A DNA stretch of 64,000 nt from assembly GCA_964016885.1 (NCBI GenBank), contig OZ024745.1, positions 13,330,001 to 13,394,000 of the forward strand. Reading direction: 5' to 3'. The stretch comes from Eledone cirrhosa (lineage: Eukaryota). Every line of letters starts with the position of its first letter. Positions within the stretch are counted from its first letter, which is position 1. Shown here piece after piece: positions 15,001-29,480 of the stretch. Below the pieces are notes generated by a model. The model made no database searches. It was given only the letters and a program-made list of their open reading frames with translations, and had not been told where the DNA came from. The position numbers and the translations under genes are program-made.

Positions 15001-18000
15001 AGTGTAGCTACTGACACCTCAGTTAGACTCATATCTCCACATGTCAGAGTGTAGCTACTGACATTTCAGTTAGACTCATATCTTCCCATGCACAGTGTAG
15101 CTACTGACATTTCAGTTAGACTCATATCTTCCCATGTCACAGTGTAGCTACTGACATTTCAGTTAAACTCATATCTCCCCATGTCACAGTGTAGCTACTG
15201 ACACCTCAGTTAGACTCATATCTCCCCATGTCACAGTGTAGCTACTGACACTTCAGTTAGACTCATATCTCCACATGTCACAGTGTAACTACTGACACTT
15301 CAGTTAGACTCATATCTCCCCATGTCACAGTGTAGCTACTGACACCTCAGTTAGACTCATATCTTCCCATGTCACAGTGTAGCTACTGACACCTCAGTTA
15401 GTCTCATATCTCCCCATGTCACAGTGTAGCTACTGACACCTCAGTTAGACTCATATCTCCCCATGTCACAGTATAGCTACTGACACTTCACTTAGACTCA
15501 TATCTCCACATGTCACAGTGTAGCTACTGACATTTCAGTTAGACTCATATCTTCCCATGTCACAGTGTAGCTACTGACATTTCAGTTAGACTCATATCTC
15601 CCCATGTCACAGTGTAGCTACTGACACTTCAGTTAGACTCATATCTCCCCATGTCACAGTGTAGATACTGACACCTCAGTTAGACTCATATCTCCCCATG
15701 TCACAGTGTAGCTACTGACACCTCAGTTAGACTCATATCTCCCCATGTCACAGTGTAGCTATTGACACTTCAGTTAGACTCATATCTCCCCATGTCACAG
15801 TGTAGCTACTGACACTTCAGTTAGACTCATATCTCCCCATGTCACAGTGTAGCTACTGACACCTCAGTTAGACTCATATCTCCCCATGTCACAGTATAGC
15901 TACTGACACTTCAGTTAGACTCATATCTCCCCATGTCACAGTGTAGCTACTGACACCTCAGTTAGACTCATATCTCCCCATGTCACAGTGTAGCTACTGA
16001 CACCTCAGTTAGGCTCATATCTCCCCATGTCACAGTGTAGCTACTGACACCTCAGTTAGACTCATATCTCCCCATGTCACAGTGTAGCTACTGACACCTC
16101 AGTTAGACTCATATCTCGCCATGTCACAGTGTAGCTACTGACACCTCATTTAGACTCATATCTCCCCATGTCACAGTGTAGCTACTGACACTTCAGTTAG
16201 ACTCATATCTCCCCATGTCACAGTGTAGCTAGTGACACTTCAGTTAGACTCATATCTCCCCATGTCACAGTGTAGCTACTGACACTTCATTTAGACTCAT
16301 ATCTTCCCATGTCGCAGTGTAGCTACTGACACCTCAGTTACTCTCATATCTCCCCATGTCACAGTGTAGCTACTGACACCTTAGTTAGACTCATATCTCC
16401 CCATGTCATAGTATAGCTACTGACACCTCAGTTAGGCTCATATCTCCCCATGTCACAGTGTAGCTACTGACACTTCAGTTAGACTCATATCTCCCCATGT
16501 CACAGTGTAGATACTGACACCTCAGTTAGACTCATATCTCCCCATGTTACAGTGTAGCTACTGACACCTCAGTTAGACTCATATCTCCCCATGTCACAGT
16601 GTAGCTACTGACACTTCAGTTAGACTCATATCTCCCCATGTCACAGTGTAGATACTGACACCTCAGTTAGACTCATATCTCCCCATGTCACAGTGTAGCT
16701 ATTGACACTTCAGTTAGACTCATATCTCCCCATGTCACAGTGTAGCTACTGACACTTCAGTTAGACTCATATCTCCCCATGTCACGGTGTAGCTACTGAC
16801 ACCTCAGTTAGACTCATATCTCCCCATGTCACAGTATAGCTACTGACACTTCAGTTAGACTCATATATCCCCATGTCACAGTGTAGCTACTGACACCTCA
16901 GTTAGACTCATATCTCCCCATGTCACAGTGTAGCTACTAACACCTCAGTTAGGCTCATATCTCCCCATGTCACAGTGTAGCTACTGACACCTCAGTTAGA
17001 CTCATATCTCCCCATGTCACAGTGTAGCTACTGACACCTCAGTTAGACTCATATCTCGCCATGTCACAGTGTAGCTACTGACACCTCATTTAGACTCATA
17101 TCTCCCCATGTCACAGTGTAGCTACTGACACTTCAGTTAGACTCATATCTCCCCATGTCACAGTGTAGATACTGACACCTCAGTTAGACTCATATCTCCC
17201 CATGTTACAGTGTAGCTACTGACACCTCAGTTAGACTCATATCTCCCCATGTCACAGTGTAGCTATTGACACTTCAGTTAGACTCATATCTCCCCATGTC
17301 ACAGTGTAGCTACTGACACTTCAGTTAGACTCATATCTCCCCATGTCACAGTGTAGCTACTGACACCTCAGTTAGACTCATATCTCCCCATGTCACAGTG
17401 TAGCTACTGACACTTCAGTTAGACTCATATCTCCCCATGTCACAGTGTAGCTACTGACACTTCATTTAGACTCATATCTTCCCATGTCACAGTGTAGCTA
17501 CTGACACCTCAGTTAGACTCATATCTCCCCATGTCACAGTGTAGCTAGTGACACCTCAGTTAGACTCATATCTCCCCATGTCACAGTGTAGCTACTGACA
17601 CCTCAGTTAGGCTCATATCTCCCCATGTCACAGTGTAGCTACTGACACCTCAGTTAGACTCATATCTCCCCATGTAACAGTCTAGCTAATGACACCTCAG
17701 TTAGACTCATATCTCCCTATGTCACAGTGTAGCTACTGACACCTCAGTTAGACTCATATCTCCCCATGTCACAGTGTAGCTACTGACACTTCAGTTAGAC
17801 TCATATCTCCCCATGTCACAGTGTAGCTAGTGACACCTCAGTTAGACTCATATCTCCCCATGTCACAGTGTAGCTACTGACACCTCAGTTAGACTCATAT
17901 CTCCCCAGGTCACAGTGTAGCTACTGACACTTCAGTTAGACTCATATCTCCCCATATCACAGTGTAGCTACTGACACTTCAGTTAGACTCATATCTTCCC

Positions 18001-21000
18001 ATGTCACAGTGTAGCTACTGACACCTCAGTTAGACTCATATCTCCCCATGTCACAGTGTAGCTACTGACACTTCAGTTAGACTCATATCTCCCCATGTCA
18101 CAGTGTAGCTACTGACACTTCAATTAGACTCATATCTCCCCATGTCACAGTGTAGCTACTGACAATTCAGTTACACTCATATCTCCCCATGTCACAGTGT
18201 AGCTACTGACACTTCAGTTAGACTCATATCTCCCCATGTCACAGTGTAGCTACTGACACCTCAGTTAGACTCATATCTTCCCATGTCACAGTGTAGCTAC
18301 TGACACTTCAGTTAGACTCATATCTCCCCATGTCACAGTGTAGCTACTGACACCTCAGTTAGACTCATATCTCCCCATGTCACAGTGTAGCTACTGACAC
18401 CTCAGTTAGACTCGTATCTTCCCATGTCACAGTGTAGCTACTGACACTTCAGTTAGACTCATATCTCCCCATGTCACAGTATAGCTACTGACACTTCAGT
18501 TAGACTCATATCTCCCCATGTCACAGTGTAGCTACCAACACCTCAGTTAGACTCATATCTCCCCATGTCACAGTGTAGCTACTGACACCTCAGTTAGACT
18601 CATATCTCCCCATGTCACGGTGTAGCTATAGACTCATATTTCCCCATGTCACAGTGTAGCTACTGACACCTCAGTTAGACTCATATCTCCCCATGTCACA
18701 GTGTAGCTACTGACACTTCAGTTAGACTCATATCTCCCCATGTCACAGTGTAGCTACTGACACCTCAGTTAGACTCATATCTCCCCATGTCACAGTGTAG
18801 CTACCGACACCTCAGTTAGACTCATATCTCCCCATGTCACATTGTAGCTACTGACACTTCAGTTAGACTCATATCTCCCCATGTCACAGTGTAGCTACTG
18901 ACACCTCAGTTAGACTCATATCTCCCCATGTCACAGTGTAGCTACTGACACTTCAGTTAGACTCATATCTTCCCATGTCACAGTGTAGCTACTGACACTT
19001 CAGTTAGACTCATATCTCCCCATGTCACAGTATAGCTACTGACACCTCAGTTAGACTCATATCTCCCCATGTCACAGTGTAGCTACCGACACCTCAGTTA
19101 GACTCATATCTCCCCATGTCACAGTGTAGTTACTGACACTTCAGTTAGACTCATATCTCCCCATGTCACGGTGTAGCTACTGACACTTCAGTTAGACTCA
19201 TATCTCCCCATGTCACAGTGTAGTTACTGACACTTCAGTTAGACTCATATCTCCCCATGTCACAGTGTAGCTACCGACACCTCAGTTAGACTCATATCTC
19301 CCCATGTCACAGTGTAGCTACTGACACTTCAGTTAGACTCATATCTCCCCATGTCACAGTGTAGCTACTGACACCTCAGTTAGACTCATATCTCCCCATG
19401 TCACAGTGTAGCTACTGACACCTCAGTTAGACTCATATCTCCCCATGTCACAGTGTAGCTACTGACACCTCAGTTAGACTCGTATCTTCCCATGTCACAG
19501 TGTAGCTACTGACACTTCAGTTAGACTCATATCTCCCCATGTCACAGTGTAGCTACCAACACCTCAGTTAGACTCATATCTCCCCATGTCACAGTGTAGC
19601 TACTGACACTTCAGTTAGACTCATATCTCCCCATGTCACAGTGTAGCTACTGACACCTCAGTTAGACTCATATCTCCCCATGTCACAGTGTAGCTACCGA
19701 CACCTCAGTTAGACTCATATCTCCCCATGTCACAGTGTAGCTACCGACACCTCAGTTAGACTCATATCTCCCCATGTCACAGTGTAGCTACTGACACTTC
19801 AGTTAGACTCATATCTCACCATGTCACAGTGTAGCTACTGACACCTCAGTTAGACTCATATCTCCCCATGTCACAGTGTAGCTACTGACACTTCAGTTAG
19901 ACTCATATCTTCCCATGTCACAGTGTAGCTACTGACACTTCAGTTAGACTTATATCTCCCCATGTCACAGTATAGCTACTGACACCTCAGTTAGACTCAT
20001 ATCTCCCCATGTCACAGTGTAGCTACCGACACCTCAGCTAGACTCATATCTCCCCATGTCACAGTGTAGTTACTGACACTTCAGTTAGACCCATATCTCC
20101 CCATGTCACGCTGTAGCTACTGACACTTCAGTTAGACTCATATCTCCCCATGTCACAGTGTAGTTACTGACACTTCTCTTAGACTCATATCTCCCCATGT
20201 CACAGTGTAGCTACCGACACTTCAGTTAGACTCATATCTCCCCATGTCACAGTGTAGTTACTGACACTTCAGTTAGACTCATATCTCCCCATGTCACGGT
20301 GTAGCTACTGACACTTCAGTTAGACTCATATCTCCCCATGTCACAGTGTAGTTACTGACACTTCAGTTAGACTCATATCTCCCCATGTCACAGTGTAGTT
20401 ACTGACACTTCAGTTAGACTCATATCTCCCCACGTCACAGTGTAGTTACTGACACTTCAGTTAGACTCATATCTCCCCATGTCACAGTGTAGTTACTGAC
20501 ACTTCAGTTAGACTCATATCTCCCCATGTCACAGTGTAGTTACTGACACTTCAGTTAGACTCATATCTCCCCATGTCACGGTGTAGCTACTGACACTTCA
20601 GTTAGACTCATATCTCCCCATGTCACAGTGTAGTTACTGACACTTCAGTTAGACTCATATCTCCCCATGTCACAGTGTAGCTACTGACACTTCAGTTAGA
20701 CTCATATCTCCCCATGTCACAGTGTAGTTACTGACACCTCAGTTAGACTCATATCTCCCCATGTCACAGTGTAGCTACTGACACCTCAGTTAGACTCATA
20801 TCTCCCCATGTCACGGTGTAGCTACTGACACTTCAGTTAGACTAATATCTCCCCATGTCACAGTATAGCTACTGACACTTCAGTTAGACTCATATCTCCC
20901 CATGTCACAGTGTAGTTACTGACACTTCAGTTAGACTCATATCTCCCCATGTCACGGTGTAGCTACTGACACTTCAGTTAGACTCATATCTCCCCATGTC

Positions 21001-23476
21001 ACAGTGTAGCTACTGACACTTCAGTTAGACTCATATCTCCCCATGTCACAGTATAGCTACTGACACTTCAGTTAGACTCATATCTCCCCATGTCACATTG
21101 TAGCTACTGACACTTCAGTTAGACTCATATCTCCCCATGTCACAGTGTAGCTACTGACACTTCAGTTAGACTCATATCTCCCCATGTCACAGTATAGCTA
21201 CTGACACTTCAGTTAGACTCATATCTCCCCATGTCACAGTGTAGCTACTGACACTTCAGTTAGACTCATATCTCCCCATGTCACGGTGTAGCTACTGACA
21301 CTTCAGTTAGACTCATATCTCCCCATGTCACAGTGTAGCTACTGACACTTCAGTTAGACTCATATCTCCCCATGTCACAGTATAGCTACTGACACTTCAG
21401 TTAGACTCATATCTCCCCATGTCACAGTGTAGCTACTGACACTTCAGTTAGACTCATATCTCCCCATGTCACAGTGTAGCTACTGACACTTCAGTTAGAC
21501 TCATATCTCCCCATGTCACAGTATAGCTACTGACACTTCAGTTAGACTCATATCTCCCCATGTCACAGTGTAGCTACTGACACTTCAGTTAGACTCATAT
21601 CTCCCCATGTCACGGTGTAGCTACTGACACTTCAGTTAGACTCATATCTCCCCATGTCACAGTGTAGCTACCGACACTTCAGTTAGACTGATATCTCCCC
21701 ATGTCACAGTGTAGTTACTGACACTTCAGTTAGACTCATATCTCCCCATGTCACGGTGTAGCTACTGACACTTCAGTTAGACTCATATCTCCCCATGTCA
21801 CATTGTAGCTACTGACACTTCAGTTAGACTCATATCTCCCCATGTCACAGTGTAGTTACTGACACTTCAGTTAGACTCATATCTCCCCATGTCACAGTGT
21901 AGTTACTGACACTTCAGTTAGACTCATATCTCCCCATGTCACAGTGTAGTTACTGACACTTCAGTTAGACTCATATCTCCCCATGTCACGGTGTAGCTAC
22001 TGACACTTCAGTTAGACTCATATCTCCCCATGTCACAGTGTAGTTACTGACACTTCAGTTAGACTCATATCTCCCCATGTCACAGTGTAGTTACTGACAC
22101 TTCAGTTAGACTCATATCTCCCCACGTCACAGTGTAGTTACTGACACTTCAGTTAGACTCATATCTCCCCATGTCACAGTGTAGTTACTGACACTTCAGT
22201 TAGACTCATATCTCCCCATGTCACAGTGTAGTTACTGACACTTCAGTTAGACTCATATCTCCCCATGTCACGGTGTAGCTACTGACACTTCAGTTAGACT
22301 CATATCTCCCCATGTCACAGTGTAGTTACTGACACTTCAGTTAGACTCATATCTCCCCATGTCACAGTGTAGCTACTGACACTTCAGTTAGACTCATATC
22401 TCCCCATGTCACAGTGTAGTTACTGACACCTCAGTTAGACTCATATCTCCCCATGTCACAGTGTAGCTACTGACACCTCAGTTAGACTCATATCTCCCCA
22501 TGTCACGGTGTAGCTACTGACACTTCAGTTAGACTCATATCTCCCCATGTCACAGAATAGCTACTGACACTTCAGTTAGACTCATATCTCCCCATGTCAC
22601 AGTGTAGTTACTGACACTTCAGTTAGACTCATATCTCCCCATGTCACGGTGTAGCTACTGACACTTCAGTTAGACTCATATCTCCCCATGTCACAGTGTA
22701 GCTACTGACACTTCAGTTAGACTCATATCTCCCCATGTCACAGTATAGCTACTGACACTTCAGTTAGACTCATATCTCCCCATGTCACATTGTAGCTACG
22801 ACACTTCAGTTAGACTCATATCTCCCCATGTCACAGTGTAGCTACTGACACTTCAGTTAGACTCATATCTCCCCATGTCACAGTATAGCTACTGACACTT
22901 CAGTTAGACTCATATCTCCCCATGTCACAGTGTAGCTACTGACACTTCAGTTAGACTCATATCTCCCCATGTCACGGTGTAGCTACTGACACTTCAGTTA
23001 GACTCATATCTCCCCATGTCACAGTGTAGCTACTGACACTTCAGTTAGACTCATATCTCCCCATGTCACAGTATAGCTACTGACACTTCAGTTAGACTCA
23101 TATCTCCCCATGTCACAGTGTAGCTACTGACACTTCAGTTAGACTCATATCTCCCCATGTCACAGTGTAGCTACTGACATTTCAGTTAGACTCATATCTC
23201 CCCATGTCACAGTATAGCTACTGACACTTCAGTTAGACTCATATCTCCCCATGTCACAGTGTAGCTACTGACACTTCAGTTAGACTCATATCTCCCCATG
23301 TCACGGTGTAGCTACTGACACTTCAGTTAGACTCATATCTCCCCATGTCACAGTATAGCTACTGACACTTCAGTTAGACTCATATCTCCCCATGTCACAG
23401 TGTAGTTACTGACACTTCAGTTAGACTCATATCTCCCCATGTCACGGTGTAGCTATAGACTCATATCTTCCCATGC
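1..23476. repeat. 47-bp tandem satellite, ~500 monomers, truncated by window start
   Basis: Monomer CCATGTCACAGTGTAGCTACTGACAC(C/T)TCAGTTAGACTCATATCTCC; period 47 (CCATG at 1 and 48). Mostly point variants; ends in a deleted monomer at ~23440-23476. Confidence 0.99.
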
Positions 23477-23484
23477 TCTACTGA

Positions 23485-23790
23485 TTACTTCTTCTTTATC
23501 CACTTATTTCTGAGAGAGTTATTGGGGCAAAGTCCTCAAACACTCCTTCCAGTGGGTCCTGTCAGAAGCAACCGTCTCCAGTTCATCCGGCTGGATCCCC
23601 AAACGTGACCAGCTAAGCTCATGGATGTTATCCCACCATCTTGATCGAGATCTAACCCTGGTTCTCCTGTCGGTTGGTTCTGCTTGTAAAATTTGTCCAG
23701 CGATTCTTTCCTGAGACATTCTGAAGAACATGCCCCGAGAGATCACTGCTCCGATAATATTATGTGAACATTCCAGACCTGCCAATCTCT
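23485..23790 (-). mobile_element. 3' fragment of RTE-type non-LTR retrotransposon
   Basis: ORF 23519-23785 ends RTRVRSRSRWWDNI..LGI..VASDRTHW, resembling the RPRGRPRxRWxDxI...AxDRxxW C-terminus of RTE-like ORF2; short AAGAAGAAG tail follows. Confidence 0.75.
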
Positions 23791-24437
23791 AAAAACCCAA
23801 AGGGAAGTACCGTGGAAAAAGTGCCCTAAAACGGGGAGAAATGAGGCAAAATAGGGAAATTTTACATAATTGTTTCTACTTTTGGCACAAGGCCAGCAAT
23901 TACCCAGTACATTACTGAATGAAATCTACACCCATTTTCACAAGAGAAGACATCTCTCACCCACCCCTAAGTGGGTGGGAGATGTCGGACTGGGAGACTT
24001 GACAGGTCTGACATTCCCACAAACTAAAATAAATGAGTTTGTCATATAATGATTTCCCCATAGTATTCGTCCCGGTTCTCTCCACTCCGCGTTTGAATCT
24101 CTTTATGGTCAACTTTACTCTTCCGGGTTAATAAAATAATGTATCAGTCCAGGATGGTGGGTTGACTAATTTGTTAGAAAGTCAGACGAAGTTTTTTTGA
24201 GGAAGCTCAATCCGTTGTTCATTTTAACACATTCTCTTAAACCTTGGCTGTCTTTACTCGTATCCCCACCACATTTGCATGTACTTGGGTCAAGTCTCTC
24301 GTTCGGGGGTAAATTCTTCATTCCTTCTCACCAGTCTCGGAGACCCTGTAAAAAGGGTCATAGGCACTGATTTCCCCCTTGACTAAGAAGTTCTAGTTCT
24401 GTAGAAGTCATTTTTATAATAATAATAATAATAATAA

Positions 24438-24612
24438 TTGTTTCTTATATAGGCACAAGGCCAGCAATTTTGGAGGAAGGGGAAAGTCGATTAAATTAAC
24501 CCCAGTGCATTACTGGTACTTTATTTTATCGACCCCGTAAGGATGAAAGGCAAAGTTAACCTCGGCGAGATTTCAACTCAGAATGGCAAGGGTCGTAACT
24601 CTATGCGTCAAA
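24438..24612 (-). mobile_element. tRNA-derived SINE (octopus-type, Meta/Sauria-like central domain)
   Basis: Minus strand reads GAGTTGAAATCTCGCCGAGGTTAACTTTGCCTTTCATCCTTACGGGGTCGATAAAATAAAGTACCAG, flanked by (AAT)n. Related copies at ~23870, ~27700-27960, ~39740, ~51010, 58295. Confidence 0.75.
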
Positions 24613-24706
24613 GAATAATAATAATAATAATAAATATATATATACATATAACCTGCCCATATATATATACATACATATATATATACATACATCTACCCCC
24701 CCCCCC

Positions 24707-24738
<32 letters not shown>

Positions 24739-25684
24739 TATTATATATATGCATAAATGCACACGTTTTCATGTAAATATATCTGTGTGTGTTTCCTTCT
24801 CTCTCCTTTTCTCCTCTCTCCCTCTTTAGATATCTTTCTCTTTTATCCTCTTACTCTCTCTACATATCTACGTATCTCTCGGCATTTCTCCAACCCCAAC
24901 ACACCCATCGCTCGTGTCAATCGTTATTCAAGTTGCCTTCATTTATTAAGAATCGATTATCGCCTGATTATACATTTGGGTCAGTAAAACGGTATTGAAA
25001 CAGGTCACGTGTATTCCATCACATGTTAGCTTATTCTGTGTAGTTCTTTAATTTCCCCCAAACCAACCCTGCTCTATAAACGTTTTCAGTTTGACTTCTC
25101 GTGTATTTTTCGTAATTACTTTTTAACCATATCAATATAATAAACTCTCACACGCGACATAACATCGTCCAGTGGTTCTACACAAAACTCGTTTAGTCTT
25201 TCCTATGTTCCGAGTTCAAATCCTACAAGAGGTAATTTTAAATTATTTTTTTTATCAGAAGCGACTTAGCGTAAGGGGCGCGGACAATGTAGAAGGAGAG
25301 ATTAAGATGAAATGAAGGAATTTACTTTAGACTTGAAAGAGTTCTGGAAATAAGGGGGAAAACAATGGGATTAAGGTCTGTAAAATAGTTCGTAGCTGTG
25401 TATTTATGTGTATAACCAGTCCACTTCTGAAAAGGGAGTTGCAGGTAGACCAGAAACATGGAACTAGCCACTTCAGAAAAAGGGGACTACAGATAGACAG
25501 GATAAAATGGACCTAGCCACATTTTATATGTGGCCTTCACCTATTACCAGGTTTAGCGACTACACTTGACATGAGGATTATGCCTATTATTAGCTCCACA
25601 CCTATATAGAAGGATTGGTATACATAATTGGGGGAGTATATATGGTTTGCTGGCTATATGCATTTGATGGGTGTATACAGATGG

Positions 25685-25736
<52 letters not shown>

Positions 25737-26489
25737 TAAGGTCGTATTTGAATAAATAGCAGGTAAAACAGAGCAGCTTTGTTAGGTTCTTTTATCTGAA
25801 ATTGTACCACACCTTTCGCATTGTTGCAGCTTTCGAATCACACACACACACACACACACACACATGCACACACACACGCACAAACACACACACACACACA
25901 CGCACACATACAGACAAACACATAACACACACATATATATATAGGGGGGGGTCGCGTACTGCTCTTACAAGTATTTTTGAGCAAAACACTTCGTTTCACC
26001 TTGTTGCAGCCCACTCTGCTTAAAATGAGTACCACCACCACCACCACCACCACCACCACCAGTAACAAGGGCCCCCTTATTGGCTCACCCAATCACATAT
26101 ACTCGCTACATCCCTACAGGTTTCATCTAAGACATGTCAACCTAACAACCAATCTGTGAGGACCACCAGATGTTACGGTCACTGTCCTTACAACCACGCA
26201 CTGAATACATTGTTGCGGCTGCTGTTCATCTTTTGTCACTATTATTGTTATTCTCCAGGCTACTACTGTTGATGTTGTTCTCGTTCTTGTTGGAGCTATT
26301 GTTGTTGTTCTTCTTCTTCTTGTTGCTGCTGCTGCTATAGATATATATACTATGTAGAACTGTATTTAACTATTTTAACCAACCCTAGTGTTAGTCTACA
26401 ATTGTGTTGTTCCCCACAGCGTTGGTTTTATTTTTATTATTTTTTAAATACAAAACATATGACTAACCATTTTTATCTTTAGCATTTAG

Positions 26490-26625
26490 GAAGGAAAGGA
26501 CAGTGCTAGTTATCCTTTCCAGAGTATTTGTGATTGGTAGAAGGAAAGGACAGTTCTAGTTATCCTTTCTAGAGTATTTGTGATTGGTAGAAGGGAAGGA
26601 CAGTTCTAGTTATCCTTTCTAGAGT
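26490..26625. repeat. 50-bp tandem repeat, ~2.7 copies
   Basis: GAAGG(A/G)AAGGACAGT(T/G)CTAGTTATCCTTT... starts at 26490, 26540 and 26590. Confidence 0.9.
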
Positions 26626-26719
26626 AAGTGCAAGAGTCGGTATAACCTGCTCCACATTTCGCTTAAAAGACAAAAACAAATGTGCTGACCTTGTGTCTAA
26701 ATTAGAAAACAACAATGCA

Positions 26720-26895
26720 ATACCACCACCACCACTAACACCCCACTACCACCACAACCACCACCAACACACCACCACCACTACAACCACCACCATCACA
26801 CCACCGCCACCAACACCCTACCACCCACCGCCGTCACCACCACCATTACCACAACCACCATTTTTACCGCCACCACCACCACCACCACCCCCACC
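26720..26895. repeat. (CCA)n-rich low-complexity tract
   Basis: Degenerate ACC/CCA triplets; source of the spurious poly-Pro ORF. Confidence 0.9.
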
Positions 26896-27390
26896 ATATA
26901 TTTCGAACTACTAAAAATCAAACGATAAATCAGCAACAACAACAACAAAAAACCCCAAAGAAAAGCAACCATAAAATGCAGACATTGGAATGGCAGCAGA
27001 TAAGAGCAGCCATTTTGTAGAGAAACACTTACGAAATCATTCTTTGTCATCTCACGTTTTACGTACAGGCGTCGACAGAACCAGTCAAGAAGGAACCAGC
27101 AAAGGTCAAGGACGAGGCTCCTACATCAAGCCAGGAAATAATGATGACCATGATAATGATGGTAGTGGTGGCGGGGATGATGATGATGATGATGGAGCTA
27201 TTGTTGTCCTCGTGTTGCTTTTGTTGTTGTTGTTGCTTCTGTTATAGACAGTCGATGTGTAGGACTGTCTTTAATATTTTAAAACAAATCATCTTATGTA
27301 ATAAAATGTCATGTCCCACACACACACTACCGGTTTGACATTTCTTCTCTGCCAAATTTCTAAATATGACCAATCACTACACCACCACCA

Positions 27391-27446
<56 letters not shown>

Positions 27447-27699
27447 ACAACAACAATGCTGCAGGTAATTATACAAGTTTTATTAGCCACTAAATCAGTA
27501 TGTGACTGCTATTTATTTTAACTTTAACAGGCAGACGAGGGGGCGATGTTGGAGCCAGAGGCAATTATATTTAGAACGTAGAGGGACGAAACTCAATATC
27601 ATATAGTAGTTCCTCTGACTTTTTATCATCATTCCAACTGCCCAAGAATAACAACAACAGCAACATCAACTAACAGCAGCAGCAAAAACAACAACGATT

Positions 27700-28010
27700 T
27701 CCAACATATGGCCCGGGCTACACATTTTAGGAGACAGTATAGACAAGGCAATCGACCTCAGTAACTTACTGGTATTTATTCCATTGACCCCTGCCCCTCG
27801 AGTGGAAGAAAAGTAAATTTGACCGCAATAGAATTTGAACTCAATATCTGCTGGTGTGTAACTAAATACTGTAATCTACCTCAACGTATTACTGGTACGT
27901 ATTTCAGCGACCCTGAAATGAATGAAGTTAACTTTTGAGAAATTAAAACTAAGAATATAAAAAGACATAAGTAAACACTATTATCCCCTCCGTGTATTAC
28001 TGGTACTTAT
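27700..28010 (-). mobile_element. cluster of degraded SINE fragments
   Basis: Repeated TTACTGGTA(C/T)TTATTT..GACCCC..GAATTTGAACTC motifs matching the 24438 SINE. Confidence 0.6.
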
Positions 28011-28229
28011 TTTACACCTACATTAAATCTCAGAAACTCTAATTAATATACACTGCGTTGTGTATAAATATTTATTATTTATCATTTAAACAAAATACGT
28101 ATATAAGAAATCCCAACAAATGCAAGTCCTGGGGTCTCTATGGATTACTGACCAACCTCACACACGAAAATATAATTAAATGTATAAGAATGATTTAAGA
28201 GCAGAAAAGCAACATTAGCTAATTCGTTT

Positions 28230-29480
28230 TGTTCATCGGAGTTTTTTGTTGAACCCAAATTTTTTTAGGCGCCGAGTTAAAAATAATCCTAGTTTCCGCC
28301 TGTCACCGATAATTTTGGAAATAATTTTATATTTTATCTTTCTATAATGCAACCTTCACCTCGATTTGAATATTGGGAAAAGAATAATTCAATTTCATGT
28401 TTAATCTACTTTAAAAATTCCAAATAATTATATTTAACAATTAAAATAAATGTATTTAACAATTAAAATAAATATATTTAACAACTTAAATAAATGTATT
28501 TGACAATTAAAATAAATATATTTAATAATTGAAATAAATGTATTTAATAATTGAAATAACTGACAAATTCAGAATTTTGTATTTAATTTGCTAAACATTT
28601 TGCAAATAAACGTATTTAGCAAATAAAATAATTGAGAAACTCAGAAAATATTGAAGAGTTTAAAAATTAAGAGCGTTTTGAAGATTACACTTTCTCTAAC
28701 CATTCTTCCATCATGACAGTTTCCTAGCCGCCATATTGCTTTCCCTCCATTGTAGCAATACCTTAGTAAAATATTTCATTGTGATCCTTACTGATGTCAT
28801 CAATGTTTACAGGGTGAGAAAAAAATCAACATACAATAAATATACGCTTAAAGATATGCAGCAGTCCATATTTTTATAACATTTAATAACCCTTGCCAGT
28901 AGCTTCCTGTAGTTAGGATCTTTACTAATTGCTAGAAACTTATGACTCCATACTCTGCTAGAAATCTCTAAATCCACACACTGTTACACACTTCTAAATC
29001 CATACTCTGCTAGAAACCTCTAAATCCATACTCTGCTAGAAACCTCTAAATCCACACTTAATTGCACTTTCTCTAACCATTCTTCCATCATGACAGTTTC
29101 CTAGTCGCCATATTGCTTTCTCTCTATTGTAGCAATACCTTAGTAAAATATTAACCCAGTTAATCTTTCAAATGTTTCCGACTTCAACATCATATTTACT
29201 TAAGATCCAACAAATATACCACATTTGATTTTGGCATTACATAGATTTAGTCACATAAGGCGGATTCTTTGAAAGGTCTTCAATCCAAAATCCCTTACAA
29301 ATATAACGTTGGGGGTCACCCGAATATGGCTCGCTCCATATCTAGAGCACAGCAAAGAGTGCTTTTCGCACCCCTTAAGTATCCTTCTAGAGTAGATGGT
29401 ATGTTTCCATATATTACATGAGGAAACTAAGCTTGTCTTTATCTCCCGTAAGCTCCCTAAAGTATAGTGTATATGTTATT
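28230..29480 (-). mobile_element. degraded Chapaev3-like (CMC) DNA transposon remnant
   Basis: Frameshifted minus-strand translation gives NAKIKCGIFVGS, KDPNYRKLL..KCYKKY, GCCISL..YVDFF..VNIDDISKDHNEIFY*GIATMEG. These resemble AKIKEGIFVGPQ / GCxMSLK..HLDFFP..VSDExGERFHQDIxxME motifs as I recall them for this family. Contains a ~90-bp duplication (28685/29061) and 26-bp repeats. Confidence 0.65.
28425..28560. repeat. 22-bp AT-rich tandem repeat, ~6 copies
   Basis: TATTTAACAATTAAAATAAAT(G/A) at 28431, 28453 and onward. Confidence 0.85.

Noticed and set aside
1-23476. CRISPR-like array or coding repeat
   Set aside because: No unique spacers; 47 is not a multiple of 3 and no long ORF is present. 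The same applies to the 52-bp array.
1-23476. RSS heptamer CACAGTG in nearly every monomer (RAG/Transib signal)
   Set aside because: No ACAAAAACC-like nonamer at 12 or 23 bp spacing, and no Transib transposase seen.
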